DNA from: Octopus sinensis
Taxonomy: Eukaryota
Length of the DNA stretch: 9,259 nucleotides
NCBI RefSeq assembly: GCF_006345805.1
Contig: NW_021827992.1
Coordinates: forward strand, 1-9,259
Reading direction: 5' to 3'
Positions 1 to 7,712 of this stretch are shown piece after piece. A model generated the notes under the pieces. That model saw only the letters and a program-made list of their open reading frames with translations. It searched no databases and had not been told where the DNA came from. Made by a program: the position numbers and the translations under genes. Each line of letters opens with the position of its first letter. The first letter of the stretch is position 1.

Positions 1-519
1 GGACACATATTTACGTATGTATATGAATGTATAAACTACTGAAGTAACCGTATACTATATACACACACACACAAACATAGACACACACACATGTCTGCAC
101 ACATAAGCACACATACATATATTTTCTCGTACTTGAAGTACACCGATAAATCAAGCAGAAAGTGGATTCCAAAATGGCTACATATGTCGAGCATTTTCTG
201 GAAACAAGCAGTCTATTACGTGTAGACGTGACATTTCCTCATCAGAGGGCTCGTTAGCCGCTGCAGACACACGAGTAAATTCGCCATTGCTAATAATAAT
301 AATACTCGTTTCAAATGGTGGCACAGCGGCACTCTTTGTCTATTGCCTTTGTTTTCTGAGGGGAGGGGCATGTTTTATTGTCGTAATACTAGGGGTTTTG
401 TGGGTATTTTGTTTATGCTTTTCTTGGCGTGGTTTCGTTGCATGTGTTAATGTAGGGTAGTTTGGGGTGTTTTATTTGTGTTTGTGTGTGAGGGACAAAT
501 ATATCTAGCTTTGTACATA

Positions 520-819
520 TCTATATATATAAACGTCAAGTTGTGTGTCTGTCTCCTACGATTTAGATTCCTAACTACTCCCACATTTTGCGGTGCAGTG
601 TAACCAAAACCGGGTATCTTATAGTCGTGATTCATATCGTGCTCTTCTGGGTATTAGCGCGCGTCTACGATGAATCTACGATTTAAAAAATAATTTACCA
701 TAATTTCTTCCCATTTTTAATGCATTTTTTTTGCTATTATATAAGGGAAGTAACTCTCTAAAAATGCTTATATAGTTATTTCCCTTACAAACCCGAGCAA
801 CGCCGGGCGATACTGCTAG
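520..819 (+). mobile_element. Non-autonomous Helitron-like element, copy 1 (body type A, 300 bp)
   Basis: Starts TCTATATATATAAA after A519. Ends with GC-rich hairpin CCCGAGC-AAC-GCCGGG (792-807) then CGATACTG-CTAG (816-819). No TIRs or TSD. Near-identical to 820-1211 and 5435-5829. Confidence 0.88.
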
Positions 820-1211
820 TCTTTATATATAAAAGAAAGGTTGTGTGTCTGTCTCCTACGATTTAGATTCCTAACTACTCCCACATTTTGCGGTGCAGTG
901 TAACCAAAACCGGGTATCTTATAGTCGTGATTCATATCGAGCCCTTCTGGGTATTAGCGCGTGTCTACGATGAGTCTACGATTAAAAAAAAAATTACCAT
1001 CAATTTTTCCCATTTTTAATGCATTTTTGGCATACATAAGGGAAGTAACTCTCTAAAAATGTATTATTAAATCTCAGAACGTAAAAAGCTACAGTAACAC
1101 CCTCCCTTTGTGGTTAGCCATATTGAGATGACTATTATACTTTACATCCCTAAAAATGCTTATATAGTTATTTCCCTTACAAACCCGAGCAACGCCGGGC
1201 GATACTGCTAG
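820..1211 (+). mobile_element. Non-autonomous Helitron-like element, copy 2 (body type A plus ~95 bp internal extra segment)
   Basis: Starts TCTTTATATATAAAA directly after the CTAG of copy 1. Same body, with an extra segment at ~1061-1150. Same hairpin and CTAG (1208-1211), followed by T. Confidence 0.88.
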
Positions 1212-1392
1212 TTTTTTATGAAATTATGGCCGTTTCTCTTTTGTCTTGTGGTGTTTCTGAGAACAATTCGTCATTCCCTGTCCATAAGATACCAGAAAAA
1301 CCATGCTGATACGAAATATGAAAAATAACTCTAAAATGGACGCTGCATACATTTTTAGGAAAAGCACCATCGTCTTAAATTTTATATTCTAA

Positions 1393-2326
1393 CTAGCAGT
1401 ATCGCCCGGCGTTGCTCGGGTTTGTAAGGGAAATAACTATATAAGCATTTTTAGAGAGTTACTTCCCTTATAGATGCCAATTCGGGCTTTCTTAGCCATT
1501 TCTGTTTTGGCGACTTCGAGCCATGAAGTCGTTGTTCTAAAAGAACGCTGGTCTCCTTGACAACGCTTTACGACGTTGATTTCCTTACACTCCCTTCCCC
1601 ACAGCTTCACGAGGTAGGGAAGAAGGGGGAGAAGCAAACAGGTGTGACCATGGACGCCAACTCCGCCGCCATTGACACACGAAAAATTATGCATTAAAAT
1701 GGAATAAAAAATTATGTTAAATTATTTTTAAAATCGTAGACTCATCGTAGACGCGCGCTAATACCCAGAAGGGCTCGATATGAATCACGACTATAAGATA
1801 CCCGAATTTGGTTAAACTGTACCGCAAAATGTGGGAGTAGTTAGGAATCTAAATCGAAGGGGACAGACACTCACACAACTACAGATTTATATATATAGAT
1901 TATGCATTAAAATGGAATAAAAACTGATGTTAAATTATTTTAAATCGTAGACTCATCGTAGACGCGCGCTAATACCCAGACGGGCTCGATATCAATCACG
2001 ACTATAAGATACCCGAATTTGGTTAAACTGCACCGCAAAATGTGGGAGTAGTTAGGAATCTAAATCGAAGGGGACAGACACTCACACAATTACAGTTTTA
2101 TATATATAGATTATGCATTAAAATGGAATAAAAAATGAAGTTAAATTATTTTTTAAATCGTAGACTCATCGTAGACGCGCGCTAATACCCAGACGGGCTC
2201 GATATGAATCACGACTATAAGATACCCGAATTTTGTTAAACTGCACTGCAAAATGTGGGAGGAGTTAGGAATCTAAATCGAAGGGGACAGACACTCACAC
2301 AACTACAGTTTTATATATATATATAG
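1393..2326 (-). mobile_element. Non-autonomous Helitron-like element, copy 3, with unique ~215 bp internal segment and triplicated 5' module
   Basis: CTAGCAGTATCGCCCGGCGTTGCTCGGG at 1393 is the reverse complement of the shared 3' terminus. 1474-1686 is not present in other copies. 1687-1899 is the reverse complement of the type A 5' part and ends TATATAGA (TC start on the minus strand). Confidence 0.85.
1687..2326 (-). repeat. Tandem array of three ~212 bp Helitron 5' modules
   Basis: Units 1687-1899, 1900-2110 and 2111-2326 each begin TTATGCATTAAAATGGAATAAAAA and end ACAG(A/T)TTTATATATATAG. Confidence 0.95.
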
Positions 2327-2468
2327 CATTTTTATTGAGGACTCAAGTGTTTGAGCGTTTTTGAAAACTATTTACCCAGTTCTGAGGCTTGTTGGCATCA
2401 AAATATTTACGAGTATCATGTCCGTTATCTACCTCAGGTACCTGGGTGTCGACCAGTGGATAATATAT

Positions 2469-2640
2469 TCTATTACAGGCACAAGAGGCGGAATTTTGGG
2501 GAAGTGATTAAGTCCATGAGATCGACTCCCGTGTTTCACTGGTACTTAATTTATCGACCCAGAAAAGATAAAATGCAAAGATGAAATGCAAAGTCGACCT
2601 CGGCGGAGTTTGAACTCAGAACGTAGCAGCTGACGAACGC
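2469..2640 (-). mobile_element. tRNA-derived SINE-like family 1, 5'-truncated copy with target-site duplication
   Basis: Minus strand reads GTTCTGAGTTCAAACTCCGCCGAGGTCGACTTTGC...GGGTCGATAAATTAAGTACCAGT (B-box-like), matching 7148-7219. Flanked by direct repeat CCAGTGGATAA at 2453 and 2641. Confidence 0.8.
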
Positions 2641-2651
2641 CCAGTGGATAA

Positions 2652-3039
2652 TCTCTCTGTGGATATATAAACGGCAGTTTGTCTGTGTGTGTGTCTGTGT
2701 GTCTGTGAGGTTGTACCCTCACCCTGGCCACGGCTTTCAACCGATTCTGATGAAACTTGACACACACATAGCCCAATGTCATAATTCAAAACTAACGCAG
2801 CGAAAATTTTGAAAAGTTCCCCGAGTTCTGAAAAAAATCGATAAATTCGGCATGGGGTCGAGAATCAGAAACACAAACCACAGACTGTCTAGGGGACGCA
2901 ACTCGACCTTTTTAACTCTCCAAAAAATTTACCATAACTTTTTTTTCCATTTTTTTGCTATTTTTTGGCTATAACTCTCTAAAAATGCTTTATAGTTATT
3001 TCCCTTACAAACCCGAGCAACGCCGGGCGATACTGCTAG
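2652..3039 (+). mobile_element. Non-autonomous Helitron-like element, copy 4 (different body, type B)
   Basis: Starts TC after A2651, then a GTCT/GT microsatellite and an AACCGATTCTGATGAAACTTG motif like those in insect Helitron-derived repeats (DINE-1/Lep1 type). Ends with the same hairpin and CTAG (3036-3039), followed by T. Confidence 0.85.
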
Positions 3040-3073
3040 TGTATAGTAAAACATACACGAAGGAAAGTATTAC

Positions 3074-3189
3074 TAATAATAATGGCTTCGATTTTGACAC
3101 GAGGTCAGCATGTTCGAAGTAGGGGATAAGTCGATCACATGCCCCCCCACCCCATGCACAACTGGTACCTCTTTTGTCGACCCCGAAAG
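3074..3189 (-). mobile_element. Diverged 3' fragment of SINE-like family 1
   Basis: GATAAGTCGATCACAT...CAACTGGTAC...GTCGACCCCGAAAG aligns with 4606-4665. A (TAA)n tail lies at the left end. Confidence 0.6.
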
Positions 3190-3222
3190 TTTGGAAGACT
3201 TCAAAACGAAATTAAAATTGCT

Positions 3223-3380
3223 AGGAGTGGCTGTGTGGTAGGTAGCTTGCTTACTAATCACATGGTTCCGAGTTCACTCCCACTGCGCGGTACCTTAGGC
3301 AAATGTCTTCTGCTGTACCTCAGGCCGACCACAGTCTTGTGAGTGGATTTGACGGACAGAAATTGAACGAAGCCCGTCGT
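3223..3380 (+). mobile_element. tRNA-derived SINE-like family 2, 5' half
   Basis: A-box-like TGGCTGTGTGG and B-box-like GAGTTCACTCCC, then CORE-like ACCTTAGGCAAATGTCTT and TTGTGAGTGGATTTG...GAAGCCCGTCG running into (TA)n. Homologous to copies at 4176, 5343 and 6555. Confidence 0.8.
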
Positions 3381-3500
3381 ATATATATATATATATATAT
3401 AATATATATATATATAATATATATATATATATTCGAAATTGCAAAGATGATCTGGAACTGAACTGAGGAAAGAAAGCTCCGAATGACCTGCCCTTGTTTT

Positions 3501-3538
<38 letters not shown>

Positions 3539-3566
3539 CACACACACATATATATATATATATATA

Positions 3567-3704
3567 CTTTATTTAAAGCACCAGAAAATTCAACAAACAG
3601 GTTTTGTTGAATTTTCTGCTGGCTTTAAATAAAGCATATTACTCTACCACTGGTATTTGAGTACTCTTTTTCCACCTTGTTCACATTTATGTGTTTTACT
3701 CCGG
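3567..3704. repeat. 68 bp near-perfect palindrome plus 70 bp tail embedded in (TA)n, probably a retroelement end remnant
   Basis: CTTTATTTAAAGC..CAGAAAATTCAACAAA (3567-3597) is inverted at TTTGTTGAATTTTCTG..GCTTTAAATAAAG (3603-3634). The right arm contains AATAAA. The element assignment is inference. Confidence 0.7.
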
Positions 3705-3787
3705 TATATATCTATATATATATATATATATATAAACATAAATACATCGAGTGGCAAGGAGAGAGGGAGAGAGAGAAAGAAAGATTG

Positions 3788-3858
<71 letters not shown>

Positions 3859-4175
3859 AACACATATATATATGTATATATATTTATGTGTGCGTGTAAT
3901 GTGCCGTTGTTAGTCAATATTTGGCAAGCATCAGAACATTTCCTGTGAGTGGAACTTCGTATCATTTACAGAGTCAAGATTTATAAATGACGGTTTGAGC
4001 TGACAGGGATTTCAACTTCCGCCTTATTAACTTATTTATTCAGCTATTAGACACGCATGCGCATACAATCACACACACACATAGATACACACACATACAT
4101 ACATACACATACACACTCGCACACACACACACGGACAGGTATAGACGTGCTTATATAAAAATAGAAATATATATA

Positions 4176-4340
4176 GGGGCAAGTATGGCTGTGTGGTTAG
4201 TGGTTTGGTTCCCAGCCACGTGGATCCAGGTTCAGTCCCACTGTGTGGCACCGTGGGCAAGTGTCGTCTAATATAGCCTTAGGTCAACGAGTCTTGTGAG
4301 TGGATTTCTTTTGACAGTAACGAAAAGGTGTACGTTGTAT
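4176..4340 (+). mobile_element. Diverged SINE-like family 2, 5' half
   Basis: TGGCTGTGTGG...GGTTCAGTCCCACTGTGTGGCACCGTGGGCAAGTGTC...TTGTGAGTGGATTT, colinear with 3223-3380. Confidence 0.75.
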
Positions 4341-4356
4341 ACACACACACACACAC

Positions 4357-4685
4357 ATACCTATATCTTAACTACCCACAAGGGGGTAAACACAGAGGGG
4401 ACAAACAAAGACAGACAAACGGATTAAGTCGATTATATCGACCCCAGTGCGTAAGTGGTACTTATTTAATCGACCCCGAAAGGATGAAAAGCAAAGTCGA
4501 CCTCGGCGGAATTTGAACTCAGAACGTAGCGGCAGACGAAATACCTAATTCTTTACTACCCACAAGGGGCTAAACACAGAGGGGACAAACAAGGACAGAG
4601 AAATGGATTAAGTCGATTACATCGACCCCAGTGCATAACTGGTACTTAATTTATCGACCCCGAAAGGATGAAAGGCAAAGTCGAC
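4357..4685 (-). mobile_element. Tandem pair of headless SINE-like family 1 units (184 bp period)
   Basis: Units 4357-4540 and 4541-4685 both start ATACCTA..CTT.ACTACCCACAAGGGG and contain ATCGACCCCGAAAGGATGAAA.GCAAAGTCGAC. Confidence 0.88.
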
Positions 4686-4887
4686 ATATCGTAGAGTATA
4701 TTTTCCACCTAAATGTGGTTAACCCTTAAGGGTTGATGCTACTGTAGCTTGTAGCCCCAGGAAGGCATCTCCTCCAGCTGGCTATTGCCACACTTTCTGT
4801 GCCCTATCAGTATTTGCAAAGGGAAGTCATCCTTTCAATCTCGAGCCTGACGCAATGCACACGGACCCAAGTTTCTGGGTATTGACC

Positions 4888-4938
4888 GATGTGGTTCAGC
4901 TACTGTTCATACCTCGTTCAGAGATGTATTATTGCTTG

Positions 4939-4969
<31 letters not shown>

Positions 4970-5340
4970 GAGGGCATTATTACACATAAATGCCACACGC
5001 TAGGAGGGACTTTCAATGTCATTACTACCAAAAATAAACGAATCGTACCGAATGCAGATCTCGAAGCAAGACATTTAAAAACAGAATTTAGTTCCAGATC
5101 ACCTGTGATTTTCTAATTAACGTATTATCTACGTCTTTTGTTCATCAGTGAAGCATATTCAAAATATATCAAAATTAAACAAAACCGACATACCCGGCGA
5201 AACCAAACAGACAACCGTCGCCTCCATCGTAGCACATGGAAATGATCATTCATCATATATTTATGTATATGGTGGGTTTTTTTCGAATATAAGCAATAAT
5301 AAATCTCCGGGTAAGGTATAAAGAGTAGCTGAACCACACC
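4888..5340. repeat. ~53 bp imperfect inverted repeat pair (4888-4941 and 5287-5340)
   Basis: TGTGGTTCAGCTACTGTTCATACCTCGTTCAGAGATGTATTATTGCTT versus the reverse complement of AAGCAATAATAAATCTCCGGGTAAGGTATAAAGAGTAGCTGAACCACA. Confidence 0.8.
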
Positions 5341-5342
5341 AA

Positions 5343-5854
5343 GGGCAAGTGTCTACTATAGCCCCAGGCTGACGAAGCCTTGTGAGTGGACTTGGAAGAA
5401 GCCCGTCGTATATGTATATATATGTATATATATATCTTTATATATAAAAGTCAAGTTGTGTGTCTGTCTCCTACGATTTAGATTCCTAACTACTCCCAAA
5501 TTTTGCGGTGCAGTTTAACCAAAACCGGGTATCTTATAGTCGTGATTCATATCGAGCCCTTCTGGGTATTAGAGCGCGTGTACGATGAGTCTACGATTTT
5601 ACAAGAAGTTACCATAATTTTTTCCCATTTTAATGCATTTTTTCGCTATTATATAAGGGAAGTAACTCTCTAAAAATGTCTACGATGAGGCAACGATTAA
5701 AAAAAAATTACCATAATTTATTTTCCATTTTTAATGCATTTTTTTGCTATTCTTTTGGATATAACACTCTAAAAATGTTTATATAGTTATTTCCCTTACA
5801 AACCCGAGCAACGCGGGCGATACTGCTAGTATATATATATATATATATATAATA

Positions 5855-5904
<50 letters not shown>

Positions 5905-6075
5905 TTGTGTGTGTGCGTTGTCCTCCCCACCATCGTTGACAGCCGATGCTGGTGTGTTTACGCCCCCGTAACTTAGCATTCGGCAAAAGAGGCCGATAGA
6001 AAAGTATTAGGCTTTGTTCGACTAAAGGCGGTGCTCCCTCATGGCCACAGTCAAATGACTGAAACAAGTAACAAA
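5343..6075 (+). mobile_element. SINE-like family 2 copy (5'-truncated) interrupted by a Helitron-like element
   Basis: 5343-5409 GGGCAAGTGTC...GAAGCCCGTCG, then (TA)n. After the insertion the (TA)n(GT)n and 3' half resume (CCGATGCTGGTGTGTTTACG...CAGTCAAATGACTGAAACAAGTAA), matching uninterrupted 6555-6852. Confidence 0.85.
5435..5829 (+). mobile_element. Non-autonomous Helitron-like element, copy 5 (type A with ~99 bp internal duplication)
   Basis: Starts TCTTTATATATAAAAG after A5434 and ends CTAG (5826-5829) followed by T. The hairpin lacks one C. 5580-5678 is imperfectly repeated at 5679-5777. Confidence 0.88.
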
Positions 6076-6132
6076 AAAGAGAAAAGATAGAGACAATTAT
6101 ACAAATAAATATATTCACAAATACATACCCAC

Positions 6133-6171
<39 letters not shown>

Positions 6172-6484
6172 ATACCTATATATATATACATACATAAATT
6201 ATATATATACACATACATACACACACCCACATATATATATGTATGTGTATACACATACATACATTTACAAATACCTACAATACATACACACACACACACA
6301 CATATATAGACATATATTCACATCAAGACAAATATATATCATAACTTATATAGGCAAACAAACATTAAAAAACTGTCTGGTGTATATAATATTAAAATGT
6401 TAAAATAAGGAAATTGCCCAATAAATTAATATAACATAATTAAACGCGAGAGTGAACAATGAAAATAAACCTCGGTGAAATTCA

Positions 6485-6548
6485 AGCTTCAATTTGTGAA
6501 ACAGTCGAAGGCTTTCTTAAAAGTCGAATGTAAATATAAACTGCGAAT
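6485..6548 (-). pseudogene. Possible highly decayed non-LTR reverse transcriptase fragment
   Basis: Minus strand GCAGTTTATATTTACATTCGACTTTTAAGAAAGCCTTCGACTGT gives AVYI..DF/FKKAFDC with frameshifts, resembling the LINE RT motif xYxDFxKAFD. Very short. Confidence 0.3.
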
Positions 6549-6554
6549 CGAAAT

Positions 6555-6852
6555 GTCTTGTGAGTGGATTTGGTAGACGGAAACTGAAAGAAGCCTGTCG
6601 TATATATGTATATATATATATATATGTATGTGTGTGTATGTTTGTGTGTCTGTGTTTGTCCCCCTAGCATTGCTTGACAACCGATGCTGGTGTGTTTACG
6701 TCCCCGTCACTTAGCGGTTCGGTAAAAGAGACTGTTAGAATAAGTACTGGGCTTACAAAGAATAAGTCCCGGGGTCGATTTGCTCGACTAAAGGCGGTGC
6801 TCCAGCATGGCCACAGTCAAATGACTGAAACAAGTAAAAGAGTAAAAGAGTA
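6555..6852 (+). mobile_element. SINE-like family 2, 5'-truncated, with internal microsatellite and (GTAAAAGA)n tail
   Basis: TTGTGAGTGGATTTGGTAGACGGAAACTGAAAGAAGCC, (TA)/(TG) tract, 3' half, tail GTAAAAGAGTAAAAGAGTA. Confidence 0.85.
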
Positions 6853-6908
6853 TTGTATACATAGCTTTAGCGATGCAAATAGGAACATTAGAACGCAAAT
6901 ATGGGAAT

Positions 6909-6995
6909 GTATATATTATATATATTATATATATATATGTATATATATATAATATATTATATATATATATATATATTATATATATATATATTATA

Positions 6996-7066
<71 letters not shown>

Positions 7067-7077
7067 AAAATATATAT
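6909..7077. repeat. Long interrupted (TA)n microsatellite
   Basis: About 170 bp almost purely TA. Similar TA/CA/GT tracts occur at 51-122, 3380-3431, 3502-3566, 3705-3885, 4071-4131, 5830-5915, 6136-6320, 8122-8182, 8726-9000 and 9183-9259. Confidence 0.95.
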
Positions 7078-7079
7078 TA

Positions 7080-7220
7080 AGACGGCGATCTGGCAGAAAC
7101 GTTAGCTCGCCGGGCGATATGCTTAGTGGTATTTCGTCTGCCACTACGTTCTGAGTTCAAATTCCGCCGAATTCGACTTTGCCTTTCATCCTTTCGGGGT
7201 CGATAAATTAAGTACCAGTT
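7080..7220 (+). mobile_element. SINE-like family 1, 5' part with tRNA-like head
   Basis: A-box-like TGGCAGAAACGTTAG and B-box-like GAGTTCAAATTCC, followed by GCCTTTCATCCTTTCGGGGTCGATAAATTAAGTACCAG. Truncated at 3' where the Penelope-like remnant begins. Confidence 0.85.
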
Positions 7221-7286
7221 ACTAGCATTGTAATGCAAAATTACAATTAGCTGCGACATTCAAATGTTTCCGAAAGTCAAAACATT

Positions 7287-7493
7287 TTACCCATCCGGTA
7301 TTTTATCTGTTGACATTTTAAAACTCGCAGCGTGCCTGAAGGAATTTAAGAGCTCTTGCCTGCAAGATTTAAGAGCATGCTTAGCCTGGAACAGGATGAA
7401 GAATTTTTCTGAAAGGCAAAGATTACATTTCATGGGTTTTTTTATAGCTCCATGTCTGTATGACGATGCTTTTTGTAGAATTTCCCAGGTTAT
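7287..7493 (-). pseudogene. Penelope-like retroelement remnant: C-terminus of the GIY-YIG endonuclease region
   Basis: Translation ITWEILQKASSYRHGA...KCNLCLSEKFFIL...RQELLNSFRH..F...IPDG* matches the pattern I recognise at PLE ORF ends (IxWxILxxAxxY...CxLCLxEKxxI...RxELxxxCRH). The ORF-track N-terminus comes from adjacent non-coding repeat. Confidence 0.8.
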
Positions 7494-7622
7494 ATATAAT
7501 GAGAATTTGCAAAAAACAAAAGACGAAGGCGGGTGTGTAAATAGCAAACAGATGTATTAGTTTAACGCTCAGGAAGTGAGAAAATCTTTTTACGTTTCGA
7601 GCCTACGCTCTTCGACAGAAAA
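7494..7622 (-). mobile_element. Probable Penelope-like 3' UTR/pseudo-LTR tail, copy 1
   Basis: Reverse complement aligns with 7988-8125 (GAAGAGCGTAGGCTCGAAACGTAAAA...CTAATACA...GCCTTCGTCTTTTGTTT). Abuts the endonuclease fragment in the same orientation. Confidence 0.65.
7585..7622 (-). ncRNA. Minimal hammerhead-ribozyme-like motif (variant core), copy 1
   Basis: Minus strand TTTT-CTGTCGA-A-GAGC-GTAG-GCTC-GAAA-CGT-A-AAAA. Confidence 0.5.
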
Positions 7623-7712
7623 TAATATATATGCATACTCTCTCATAGGCGTATATAGCATAGCGAGACACCAAAACAAAACGTCCATACCGTTTTTCAT
7701 TCGATAAAGAAA

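Noticed and set aside
175-257. Short ORF MATYVEHFLET... with good start context, faintly like an ING-family N-terminus
   Set aside because: Only 27 codons, similarity ends after ~10 residues, and there is no GT donor at the expected position.
447-635. 62 aa minus-strand ORF, and similar ORFs at 1437, 2546, 4328 and 6674
   Set aside because: They straddle or lie within non-coding repeat copies and are not preserved as ORFs across copies.
1664-1675. 12-mer CGCCGCCATTGA shared with the reverse complement of 8553-8564
   Set aside because: Similarity does not extend, so it is consistent with chance or a common short motif.
1687-2326. Regular repeats considered as a CRISPR-like array
   Set aside because: Units are ~212 bp contiguous repeats with no unique spacers and no cas genes, in a eukaryotic context.
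3446-3466. TGATCTGGAACT shared in inverted form with 5091-5102
   Set aside because: Too short and weakly extending to call homology without a search.
7080-7170. Possible tRNA gene (A and B boxes)
   Set aside because: No convincing cloverleaf or terminator. It continues into a multi-copy body, so it is a SINE head.
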